A DNA stretch of 64,000 bases, taken from Candidatus Zambryskibacteria bacterium RIFCSPLOWO2_01_FULL_39_39. Its GTDB lineage: Bacteria > Patescibacteriota > Minisyncoccia > Phycocordibacterales > WO2-35-19. The stretch lies in the NCBI GenBank assembly GCA_001823925.1, contig MHWB01000009.1, forward strand, positions 25,086 to 89,085. The letters are read 5' to 3'. Below, piece by piece: positions 38,423 through 47,117 of this stretch. A program made the position numbers and the translations under genes. The notes beneath the pieces are model-generated. The model worked only from the letters and a program-made list of their open reading frames with translations. It was not told the DNA's origin and searched no databases. Position 1 is the stretch's first letter. Each line of letters starts with the position of its first letter.

Positions 38423-39567
38423 TGAGTCATTATAGCACCACCTAAGCATATTTCTCCATCGTATAAAACCAAAGACTGCCCCGGAGAGACTCCAATTTGA
38501 GGTTTGTCAAAAATTACTTTTGTTCCGTCGCCTGAAATTTTAATTTTGCATCCGATTTTTTCTTGACGGTATCTGATGCGACAAGACAGATTTTTATTAT
38601 TGATTTCTTGCGTAAAATTAACATCTTTTAATTTTATTTCTTTACTTAACATTTTTAACGATCGTTTTAAATGTTTAGATGCGACTGTAATGGTATTGTT
38701 TTTAAGATTTTTTTCTACTACGTATAAAGGCACTTCCTGATTTGATTTCTGGGTAATAGTAAAACCGTGGCGCTCTCCTATTGTAAAAAATAGCGCTCCA
38801 TTATGATTGCCGATTATTTTGCTTTTGTCGTTTAATACACTTCCCATTTTTGGTTTTATATATCTTGATAAAAATTCTTTCATGTCAATTTGCCCTAAAA
38901 AGCAAAGACCTTGGCTGTCCTTTCTTGTTGCTTGAGGAAGCCCAAACTGTTTGGCAAGTTTGCGGACTTCTTCTTTTTGCAAGTGTCCGATGGGAAATAA
39001 AATATGTTTTAGTTGTTTTTGGGTTAAAGTCCAGAGAAAATAACTTTGATCTTTATTTTTATCCTTTCCTTCCAAAAGAATCACCTCACCCCCCTGCCCT
39101 ATCTCATAACTTCCCCTACCCCCTCTTACCTTAAGAGGGGGAAAGATCTGACAATAATGTCCTGTCGCCACAAAGTCTGCTCCATTTTTCAAAGCAAATT
39201 TCAAAAAGTGTCCAAACTTTATTTCTTTGTTGCACATTACATCCGGATTAGGAGTCTTACCCTTCCTATACTCTTCTATCATATAATCCACGATTTGCTT
39301 CTTATATTCTTTTTCTAAATCCAAAGTAATGAAAGGAATATCCAAGACTGCAGCCGCACGCATTGCACTTCGCCTGTCATCCTTCCATGTGCAAGGGTAA
39401 CCTTCTGGTGTCCAAGCTTTTATAAAAACCCCAGTTACATCGAATCCATCTTTTTTTAAGAGCGCCGCCGACACAGCCGAGTCTACTCCTCCTGAAAGCC
39501 CTACAAAAACTCTTTGATTTCGCTCAGAGTGAACTTTTTGTTTAGGTTTAATATCATTGCTTTTCAT
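38419..39567 (-). CDS. mnmA: tRNA 2-thiouridylase MnmA
   Basis: SGGVDS, TPNPDVMCN, ATGHY, KDQSYFL, DSQGLCF, PGQS. Confidence 0.96.
   Translation of the reverse strand: MKSNDIKPKQKVHSERNQRVFVGLSGGVDSAVSAALLKKDGFDVTGVFIKAWTPEGYPCTWKDDRRSAMRAAAVLDIPFITLDLEKEYKKQIVDYMIEEYRKGKTPNPDVMCNKEIKFGHFLKFALKNGADFVATGHYCQIFPPLKVRGGRGSYEIGQGGEVILLEGKDKNKDQSYFLWTLTQKQLKHILFPIGHLQKEEVRKLAKQFGLPQATRKDSQGLCFLGQIDMKEFLSRYIKPKMGSVLNDKSKIIGNHNGALFFTIGERHGFTITQKSNQEVPLYVVEKNLKNNTITVASKHLKRSLKMLSKEIKLKDVNFTQEINNKNLSCRIRYRQEKIGCKIKISGDGTKVIFDKPQIGVSPGQSLVLYDGEICLGGAIMTQ
38644..38679. repeat. Diverged copy of the 36-bp AACGATCGTT palindrome, in frame in mnmA
   Basis: acttaacatttttaacgatcgttttaaatgtttaga, 28/36 identical to 63377-63412. 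Confidence 0.7.
39106..39142 (+). repeat. Repeat family D hairpin, in frame in mnmA
   Basis: CCCCCTCTTA-cct-TAAGAGGGGG, read as PPLKVRGGRGSY. Confidence 0.7.
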
Positions 39568-39618
39568 AGGTGGTTATGATATAATATAAGTAGACAGTTG
39601 GCAAGAAAGAGAGGAATT

Positions 39619-39966
39619 ATGATCCTAAATCTGAGTATCCAAGGTTATATCTCTTTGGGAAAAGACGATGGGAATCTGAAAATGGACGCGATGCATGGAG
39701 TTATGAATTTTCTTAGAGTGGCCGCAAATTATGTTGGTGATGATTTGGGATCGGTCGATCTCAATATTATGATGGACACAGCCAATGTTCCCACGGGAAC
39801 TGTGTTGTTCCACGTTGAGCGTAAATCCAGCGAGTCAGCCAGCTTTTACTACAATGTTTCGCACAATAGCGGAACGCCGGACTTTATTTCAATGGAGAAG
39901 CGGGGTATACCGCTAAGGCCTGTTGAGTTCTTCAATCGTGCAGTCTGTTTGAAAGTTCGCGTCTGA
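39619..39966 (+). CDS. Hypothetical protein (cassette)
   Basis: GAGAGGA SD, TATAAT upstream, GC hairpin plus T-run at 39978-40010. Confidence 0.6.
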   Translation: MILNLSIQGYISLGKDDGNLKMDAMHGVMNFLRVAANYVGDDLGSVDLNIMMDTANVPTGTVLFHVERKSSESASFYYNVSHNSGTPDFISMEKRGIPLRPVEFFNRAVCLKVRV

Positions 39967-40046
39967 TCTCAATCAGTCCCCGGCCCGCTACGGCGCGCTG
40001 GGGTTTTTGTTTTTATACTTTCTAACTTACGATTTTCTACTTTTTA

Positions 40047-41120
40047 CTAATTCAAATACAACTCCCTGTTTCTTTTATGCTCATCAAAATTTTTGGCGTA
40101 ATACATATTGCCTGATTTGTCAGATAGGAAATATAGATAATTTGTTTTAGTCGGAGTAATGGCGGCACGAATTGAATCTATACCAGGGTTTGTGATGGCG
40201 GTCGGAGGCAATCCTTTGTTTTTATAGGTGTTATACTTATGATCTTCCGCCAAGTCTTCTTTGGTAAGAGTGTACGAATTTTTACCATTATAGTATTGAA
40301 AAGGGGCATCAACCTGGAGTGGCATTTCTAAACGCAATCTTTTCCATAAAATACCAGAGACAATCCTCTTTGACTCTAGTGTGCCGTTGGCCTCGTCTTC
40401 AATGATCGAAGCCATTGTTACGACCTCATTCAAAGGTTTTTGAAATTTTAAAACATCTTCCTCGTACGTTTTTATTTGTCTAGCAAAGTTTTCTCGCATC
40501 ATTAAAATGAGGTCACTTGCTTTGGTGTTGGGCATTAAAAAGTAAGTATCTGGAAAAAGGTAACCCTCATAATTATTATCAGAAACTTCAGCCACAAAAT
40601 CTTTGGTGTTGAAAGTTGGCAACTCTTTCTCCAAAATTTTCCCAATTTCAATAGAGGAGGTGCCTTCGGGTATGGTTATTTTTTGGGCGATTAGACCAAA
40701 CTCTCCGTTGTGAATCATTTTTGCTACCTTAAAAATATTGGTGGCATCGGGGAAATAGTAATCACCCGCTATCACCCTCTTTTCACCGCCCAAAATGAAA
40801 ATAAATGTCTTTAACCACAAACCAGAGCGCACCCCTTTTTTTTCCTCAAAAGAATTTGCTATCTGCGATAAAGACTCTCCTCTCTCTATAGTAATCAAGG
40901 CCTGTTCTGGAAAGGGCTTTGGTGATCTAAAAGCAAAAAAGTATAGGACTCCAAATAAAACTAGCGACAAAAAAACAGCTGAAATTGCCCTTATAAAATG
41001 GTTGTCCAAAAACAATAATACTTTGGTGACTCTGTCTCGCCAAGCGATAAGTCTCAGGTGGCGAGGATCTCGCTCAAGTAAAACAGCCACTTTTTTCTTT
41101 AAATTTAACCAAAAGTCCAT
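40047..41120 (-). CDS. mltG: Endolytic transglycosylase MltG
   Basis: TIPEG, EGYLFPDTY, ASIIEDE, YNTY..GLPPTAITNPG. Confidence 0.93.
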   Translation of the reverse strand: MDFWLNLKKKVAVLLERDPRHLRLIAWRDRVTKVLLFLDNHFIRAISAVFLSLVLFGVLYFFAFRSPKPFPEQALITIERGESLSQIANSFEEKKGVRSGLWLKTFIFILGGEKRVIAGDYYFPDATNIFKVAKMIHNGEFGLIAQKITIPEGTSSIEIGKILEKELPTFNTKDFVAEVSDNNYEGYLFPDTYFLMPNTKASDLILMMRENFARQIKTYEEDVLKFQKPLNEVVTMASIIEDEANGTLESKRIVSGILWKRLRLEMPLQVDAPFQYYNGKNSYTLTKEDLAEDHKYNTYKNKGLPPTAITNPGIDSIRAAITPTKTNYLYFLSDKSGNMYYAKNFDEHKRNRELYLN

Positions 41121-41126
41121 AGAAGT

Positions 41127-42368
41127 TTATATTGGCAAATTAGAAGGAGCTTTAGACTTGAGTGAAGGGATTTTCTCGAAGGTTGGGGTGCTGGCTACTG
41201 ATCCGGGGAAGTGAAAAATGGTAGCAAGTTCCTCAATGTTTAAGACAAAAGGTTTGCTATAAAATTTTTTGCCTTTCCATGGTGAATAAAAATATCGTCG
41301 AAGTTTGTACTCTTCCAAAACTTTTGGTTTTAATTTCTCTTTTGCATTCCACCACTCTTGCCAAGGATAATCAAAAATAGTAAACCAGCCAGTCGGCTTA
41401 AAGCCGTTTAGATTTAGAGAGCCGTATTGTTTGAAGGAGCCACCAATACCACCTCCACCGTTGCCTGGGTTAAATTTTTCTTTGTCGGCGATATAAATAC
41501 CTCTGATGCCGACATCAAAAGGTAGCTTTGAGACGCTACGCTCTAGAGCGGCTATTACATCGGCCTCGCCTTTACTTGGAATTCTAGGGAAACCACCTTC
41601 TTCTTTGGCCACTTTTAATTCTTTTAAGATTTTTTCTTTCTCTTTTTTTGCCTCATCTACCCAAGCGTCTTCTTTTTCTCCAAATACATCAGCTAGACGT
41701 CTCTTTTTGTGGGCACGGATCAATATCTGAATCCAAACATTGTGTCCCTCGGTAATGGAGCCTAAAAATTCTATAAGAGGAGTCATTGGGTCTACTTTAA
41801 ACTCTTCTTTTGGATCTTTATCTAGACCGTAGTCAATGTAAGTTTTGATTGGATAAGGGTCGGCTTTAGTCAAAGCAAATTCACAGGCCCAAATATTATT
41901 TAAATCAGATTTGTAGTAAAAAGGTTTGGTATAATCTTCCACTTCATATATTTCTATACCCGGATATTGAGAATATATTTGAGATTCAACAATGTTTCTG
42001 TGTTTTGGTTTGGTCCAGATAAAAAATTTTATATTGCCCCCAATAGAGACTATTTCTAATGAAAACCAGCCTCTAGTTTGACCATTCCATATTCTGTCTA
42101 TCCAAGTGCCCTCGCCACCGGGCTGGTGGAAAGCCGCTAAAACCACTTCCATCGCCAAAGGAGACTTCATTATTTCTCTTGGCAACTTTATCTCTAAAAG
42201 GACCGAACCTTCTTTTTGCCAAAATTTTGTCCGTTTATAATAAAGCCAAGCATTAAAAAAGGCCACCAAAAAAGCGACTGGAAGCCAAAAAGGCATAGCA
42301 AGGTAAACATACCTAAATGCCAGAAGTAAGCCATCCCAAATTTCAGGTGGTATAAAACCAAAAATCAT
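41127..42368 (-). CDS. Conserved hypothetical membrane protein
   Basis: N-terminal TM, LLEIKLP, FSLEIVS, YPIKTY, LNIEELATIFHFP. Confidence 0.7.
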   Translation of the reverse strand: MIFGFIPPEIWDGLLLAFRYVYLAMPFWLPVAFLVAFFNAWLYYKRTKFWQKEGSVLLEIKLPREIMKSPLAMEVVLAAFHQPGGEGTWIDRIWNGQTRGWFSLEIVSIGGNIKFFIWTKPKHRNIVESQIYSQYPGIEIYEVEDYTKPFYYKSDLNNIWACEFALTKADPYPIKTYIDYGLDKDPKEEFKVDPMTPLIEFLGSITEGHNVWIQILIRAHKKRRLADVFGEKEDAWVDEAKKEKEKILKELKVAKEEGGFPRIPSKGEADVIAALERSVSKLPFDVGIRGIYIADKEKFNPGNGGGGIGGSFKQYGSLNLNGFKPTGWFTIFDYPWQEWWNAKEKLKPKVLEEYKLRRYFYSPWKGKKFYSKPFVLNIEELATIFHFPGSVASTPTFEKIPSLKSKAPSNLPI

Positions 42369-42392
42369 ACATTAAATTATAGCACAGAGAAT

Positions 42393-43448
42393 TTATACTA
42401 CTGTGTACATTCCCTGCTTATTTTTCCTGAAGTATTTTGGATTTTGGAGATTGACCATCACTGTGTTGGCTTTGACGTATCGCTCTTTCATCACTTTTTC
42501 CAAGACGGCCTCTTTTGCCAAGGCCCCGTTCTTTTTGAGAATATCTCGGATAACGTCTCGAACCACGCCAGTAGAGTAGCCCCATTCTTTGAGAGCATAA
42601 AGACCGCGACCAACCAAGACAAAACGCGGGTCTTTGATAAGTTCGTTGTGGGTGGTGGCGACATGAGCTTTTTTGTTGAAAACTTCGCTGATGAGTTTGG
42701 CTACTTCGCGGAAATGTATTGGCGAGCCATGTTTACGTAAAATAAGGTAGGCATAATCGCGTACCCCCTTTGTTTTTATATTGGAAGATTTTGATTTGCC
42801 CCATTCACCTAGCGGATTTTTGGCAATATTTTTTGAAATAGAAAGCCACCGAGTGAGTATCTCATCTTGTTTAAATTCATTGGAGACATCTTTTAAGTGT
42901 TCTAGGAAAGAAGAGACGATTTCAGATTCTGGAATTATTTCATCGTCTCCGAGTCCGGTATAAAGCTTACGCAATGCGTTGTGGATTTTTTCGGCCAATT
43001 CACCATCTACATGCCAACGGTGCTTAAACTCAATATCTTCTTTTATTTTATTAAAATCATCCCCAACTACTAAAAGAAAATGAATATATTTTTTAGTGAC
43101 AATATCTTTACCCAAATGATTTAATAAATCATCTTCAGATATTACTCCGCCCATTTTACTTACAATATTTTTGAGTTCCTCAAAAACCGCTACCTCTTTT
43201 TCGTAGGTCGGAGCTTTTCTTATATGATTTACCGCATAGTTTTCAATTTGTCGCACTCTCTCTCTGGTGATGCCGTATTTTTTGCCTATCGCTTCCAAAG
43301 TCATCTCTTTTCCTTCTTGGTTCAAACCAAACCTGCCTACAATGACATCTTGGGCCCTAGCCGGTAGAGAGCTTAAAAGTCTTTTGACAACCTGTTTAGG
43401 ATTAAATGACAGACTGAAAGTTTTATTCTTGAGAACTTCTTTTTTCAT
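42393..43448 (-). CDS. Sigma-70 region-4 HTH plus HARE-HTH (RNAP delta-like) protein
   Basis: TLEAIGKKYGITRERVRQIE; PIHFREVA..HNELIKDPRFVLVGRGLYALKEW. Confidence 0.8.
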   Translation of the reverse strand: MKKEVLKNKTFSLSFNPKQVVKRLLSSLPARAQDVIVGRFGLNQEGKEMTLEAIGKKYGITRERVRQIENYAVNHIRKAPTYEKEVAVFEELKNIVSKMGGVISEDDLLNHLGKDIVTKKYIHFLLVVGDDFNKIKEDIEFKHRWHVDGELAEKIHNALRKLYTGLGDDEIIPESEIVSSFLEHLKDVSNEFKQDEILTRWLSISKNIAKNPLGEWGKSKSSNIKTKGVRDYAYLILRKHGSPIHFREVAKLISEVFNKKAHVATTHNELIKDPRFVLVGRGLYALKEWGYSTGVVRDVIRDILKKNGALAKEAVLEKVMKERYVKANTVMVNLQNPKYFRKNKQGMYTVV

Positions 43449-43523
43449 AAATTTATTAAATTAATTAGACCACAATATTATACCACATTTACACTCTCTA
43501 CAATATCACAGACGGTTTTTTTG

Positions 43524-46406
43524 TCAAATTACCAAATTGATTATTTTATTTGGTACAAAAATTATCTTTCTAACCTCTTTTCCATCTAGCCACTTTTGGA
43601 CCTCTGGTAGAGATAAAGCCTTTTTCCTCACCTTATCTTCAGTCGGGTTGGGTTCTGCTTCAAACTGCGCCCTTATCTTGCCGTTTATTTGAACGACTAT
43701 TATTACTTTTTCTTCCTTTATTTTTGAAAGGTCTGCTTCTGGCCATTTTTCGAGATGGATGGAGTCTTTGTGGCCCATCTTGCTCCAGATCTCTTCTGTG
43801 ATATGTGGTGCAAAAGGTGCCAAAAGTTTCAAAAATATCTCAAATATGTCAAGGTTGAACCTTGACATACCCATCTCCTTTTCCAGTTCATTTAAGAAAA
43901 TCATCATGGCTGAAATGGCGGTATTGAATTTGTAACTTTCTATATCTTCTGTAACTTTCTTTATTGTCTTATGCAGTAAACTTTTGAGTTTTACTTCGCC
44001 CGTTGTAGTTTTGGCGGAAGCGGGATTTTTATTTGTGTCATTCGTGTTTATTCGTGTATTGGTATCGAGTCTCCACACTCTTTCCAAAAATCTTCTGATA
44101 CCAACAATACCTCCCAAGTCCCACGGATACTGCCCCGTCTCGTTGTAAGGTCCGATGAAAGCTAAATACATTTTTACAGTGTCTGATCCAACTTTTTCTA
44201 CCAGCTCATCGGGGTCTCCTCCATTACCTTTACTCTTACTCATTTTTTGCCCATCTGGACCCAAGATAAGTCCACGGTTCATTCTTTCTCTAAAAGGCTC
44301 TGATTCGTTCACTAGTCCCAAGTCAAAAAGAACTTTGTGGAAAAATCTGGCATACAAAAGATGCATGGTAGTGTGTTCGGCTCCGCCAGAATATCTAGAG
44401 ACCGGCATCCATTTTTTTAACCTGAGTTTATCGAATGGTTCTTTTTTATTTTGAGGATCGCAATATCTAAGAAAATACCAAGAAGAATCTACGAAAGTAT
44501 CCATAGTATCGTATTCAGGAGTCCAGCCTTTACCAAATATTTTCTCCACCCTTTCTTTTAATCCTTTTGAAGTGGCCAAAGGGGACTCTCCTTTTGGATT
44601 AAAGTCCACATCTTCTGGTAAAAGCCACGGTAAGTGCTCCTCTGGGATTTGGTGTGGCTTACCTTCCGGATCATAAACTACGGGTATTGGGCAACCCCAA
44701 TATCTCTGACGACTTAAGAGCCAATCTCTTAATTTATATTTGACCACTTTCTCCCCAAACTTTTCTGTTATTTTTTCTCGTGCTTCTTCGCTTCCCGTTC
44801 CGTCAAATTTTTCTGAATTTACAAGTATTCCTTCTCCAGCATAAGCTTTAGCTGAGATATTTCCGCCACTTATTACTTCAACAATCGACAAATTGTATTT
44901 TTTGGCGAACTCAAAATCGCGCTCATCGTGGGCAGGTACGGCCATGACGGCTCCAGTACCATAATTATTTAACACATAATCAGCTACAAAGACTGGTACT
45001 TCTTCTCCTGTCGCAGGATTTATGGCCGTCACCCCTTCTATTTTTACGCCTGTCTTAACTTTTTTTGCATCAGTCCTCTCTATTTCAGTTTTGCTTTTTG
45101 TCTCTTTTATATATTTTTCTATTTCTGATTTGTTTGTTATTTCTGATTTCTGATTTTTGATTTGTTCTGTAAGCCATGGATGTTCTGGCGCAACAACAAG
45201 ATAAGTTACGCCGAAAAGTGTATCAATACGAGTAGTAAAGACGCTAATCACCCCTCCCAAACCCTCCCCCAAGGGGAGGGCTTTCAAATCCTCGTGTATT
45301 TCTTTTAGAACATTTACGATATTATTTTCAATTTCTTCGTTTTTAAATCGTATAACTTTAAAACCATTTTGTTCAAGTAAATTTGTTCTCTCCTCGTCTC
45401 TTTCTTTTTGGTGGTCGTGTATGTCTCCGTCAACCTCAATTATTAACATTTTTTCTATGCAAACAAAATCTACAATAAATCTACCTATAATCCATTGTCT
45501 TCTAAAACGGTATCCTGTTGCGTCACGTCTTAAACCTTGCCATAAAATATCCTCGGTTTTTGTTGGGGCTTTTCTCATCTCAACTGCTCTGCCGTGGAGT
45601 TCTCTCCAATTTTCTTTATCCGTGGTGTAGAATTTTGGGTCTCCCTCCCCTTGGGGGAGGGCCGGGGTGGGGTGGTTTATTTCAAACTCCACTTCCGCCC
45701 CTTCTGATTTGCCTATCCAATTTCTCTGCGCCTCTTTTATTTGTTCTGGCCACTTCAAATCATCCATATCAGAAAGTAGTCTCTCCGCATAATCAGTGAT
45801 TTTGAAAAACCATTGCTCCAAATCTTTTTGTATAACTTCACTACCACATCTCTCACACTTCCCCGCTATCACCTGTTCGTTGGCTAGCACTGTGTTGCAA
45901 GACGGACACCAGTTGACGCTTGCTTTCTTTTTGTAAGCCAGACCTTTTTTAAAAATTTCCAAAAACAACCACTGTGTCCATTTATAATATTCTGGGTCCG
46001 AAGTAATAACTTTGCGCGACCAATCAAAAGAGTTGCCCATACTTTGGAGTTGTTTCTCCATATAAGCAATATTTTCGTAAGTCCACTTTTTAGGATCTAA
46101 GCCTCTTTTTATTGCGGCATTTTCTGCTGGGAGTCCAAATGCGTCAAAACCGATCGGAAACATTACATTAAAACCTTGCATCCTTTTAGTACGCGCAAAA
46201 ATATCTGGTACAGCAAACGCGTACCAATGGCCGATATGTAAATTGCCAGATGGATAAGGAAACTCTACTAACGCATAAAAATTTCTTCGGCTCGACGAAG
46301 CCTTGGCGGAGTCGGCTGCATCATCTTTGACTTCATAAATCTTATCCTCCTTCCACCTCTTCTGCCACCCCTTTTCTATTTCTTTATGATTATACTTCTC
46401 GCTCAT
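43524..46406 (-). CDS. leuS: Leucyl-tRNA synthetase with in-frame DUF559 and repeat insertions
   Basis: FPYPSGNLHIGH, GTGAVMAVPAHD, SRQRYWG, KMSKS; start at MSEKY. Confidence 0.97.
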   Translation of the reverse strand: MSEKYNHKEIEKGWQKRWKEDKIYEVKDDAADSAKASSSRRNFYALVEFPYPSGNLHIGHWYAFAVPDIFARTKRMQGFNVMFPIGFDAFGLPAENAAIKRGLDPKKWTYENIAYMEKQLQSMGNSFDWSRKVITSDPEYYKWTQWLFLEIFKKGLAYKKKASVNWCPSCNTVLANEQVIAGKCERCGSEVIQKDLEQWFFKITDYAERLLSDMDDLKWPEQIKEAQRNWIGKSEGAEVEFEINHPTPALPQGEGDPKFYTTDKENWRELHGRAVEMRKAPTKTEDILWQGLRRDATGYRFRRQWIIGRFIVDFVCIEKMLIIEVDGDIHDHQKERDEERTNLLEQNGFKVIRFKNEEIENNIVNVLKEIHEDLKALPLGEGLGGVISVFTTRIDTLFGVTYLVVAPEHPWLTEQIKNQKSEITNKSEIEKYIKETKSKTEIERTDAKKVKTGVKIEGVTAINPATGEEVPVFVADYVLNNYGTGAVMAVPAHDERDFEFAKKYNLSIVEVISGGNISAKAYAGEGILVNSEKFDGTGSEEAREKITEKFGEKVVKYKLRDWLLSRQRYWGCPIPVVYDPEGKPHQIPEEHLPWLLPEDVDFNPKGESPLATSKGLKERVEKIFGKGWTPEYDTMDTFVDSSWYFLRYCDPQNKKEPFDKLRLKKWMPVSRYSGGAEHTTMHLLYARFFHKVLFDLGLVNESEPFRERMNRGLILGPDGQKMSKSKGNGGDPDELVEKVGSDTVKMYLAFIGPYNETGQYPWDLGGIVGIRRFLERVWRLDTNTRINTNDTNKNPASAKTTTGEVKLKSLLHKTIKKVTEDIESYKFNTAISAMMIFLNELEKEMGMSRFNLDIFEIFLKLLAPFAPHITEEIWSKMGHKDSIHLEKWPEADLSKIKEEKVIIVVQINGKIRAQFEAEPNPTEDKVRKKALSLPEVQKWLDGKEVRKIIFVPNKIINLVI
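43845..43869. repeat. Perfect 12+1+12 palindrome (family F), in frame in leuS
   Basis: tatgtcaaggtt-g-aaccttgacata, read as MSRFNLDI. Confidence 0.75.
43994..44063 (+). repeat. Family B repeat plus ATTCGTG tandem repeats, in frame in leuS
   Basis: Read as TNTRINTNDTNKNPASAKTTTGE. Confidence 0.65.
44419..44440 (+). repeat. Repeat family A, in frame in leuS
   Basis: aacctgagtttatcgaatggtt, read as PFDKLRL. Confidence 0.7.
45251..45672 (-). mobile_element. DUF559 (Vsr-like) endonuclease cassette with inverted terminal hairpins, fused in frame in leuS
   Basis: MRKAPTKTEDILW, FRRQ, IVDF, IIEVDGDIH, RDEER; both ends share ccctcccccaaggggaggg in inverted orientation. Confidence 0.85.
46285..46315 (+). 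repeat. Family B repeat, in frame in leuS N-terminus
   Basis: cttcggctcgacgaagccttggcggagtcgg, read as DSAKASSSRR. Confidence 0.7.
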
Positions 46407-46583
46407 ACTAAAACTATAACTCACCAAGCCTTAAATTTCTACTACACCTTAAAAAATCACAAAATTTATGAAATATATTTTCAATATTGACAAAAAAAAT
46501 AGACTTGCTATAATCCGTTCCAGACGCATCGGGAGACTAGAGTCTCTTTTTTTGATGCAAATTCGTTGACAAGGAGGCTACAC

Positions 46584-47096
46584 ATGCCGCTTTTTTTGGT
46601 GACTGGTATTTTTGGACTCTTGTTTTTCGTAGGGTCCTTACTACTTGGTGATCACGATGTTGGTCACGACCACGATTTTGATGGTGACCACGACCACGAA
46701 GGGCCGAACATTTTCTCGGTTTTTAACGTGGCATGGTTTCTTATCGGATTCGGAGGGATGGGGGCCATCATGAGAGCCAATAGTATCAGTATGCCCGGGA
46801 GTACTATCTCTGGTTTACTGACCGGAGTTGTTTGTTGGGGCTTTGCATTCTTTGTAATGCATATGCTCAAGAAGCAGCAAGGTGACTCGACTGTCACTAC
46901 AGCTCGTCTTATGCAAGCAACTGGTGTTGTTGTCCTACAAATACCCGTGAATGGTATTGGTAAAATTCAATGTAGTGTGGCTGGAGGTTCGCAAGAATTT
47001 TTGGCTCGCTATGCTGGCGTCACTTCTTTACCCGAAGGTTCTCGAGTGAGAATTGTCGGTGATAATGGTGGTGTCTACACTGTGGAAACACTCTAA
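46584..47096 (+). CDS. NfeD-like (YuaF-type) membrane protein
   Basis: TMs, His/Asp-rich loop, C-terminal OB-fold (LPEGSRVRIV); AAGGAGG SD; consensus promoter at about 46487-46514. Confidence 0.8.
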   Translation: MPLFLVTGIFGLLFFVGSLLLGDHDVGHDHDFDGDHDHEGPNIFSVFNVAWFLIGFGGMGAIMRANSISMPGSTISGLLTGVVCWGFAFFVMHMLKKQQGDSTVTTARLMQATGVVVLQIPVNGIGKIQCSVAGGSQEFLARYAGVTSLPEGSRVRIVGDNGGVYTVETL

Positions 47097-47117
47097 ACGA
47101 GAAAAGGAGAGAAAAAC

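Noticed and set aside
41034-41076. Possible further repeat in the mltG N-terminus (tctcgcc...ggcgagga)
   Set aside because: Pairing is short, single copy, and cannot be distinguished from chance
42393-43448. Sigma factor
   Set aside because: Only a region-4 HTH is present, with no region 2
45251-45672. Intein in LeuS
   Set aside because: No splicing motifs at the junctions; the domain is DUF559-like, not Hint/LAGLIDADG
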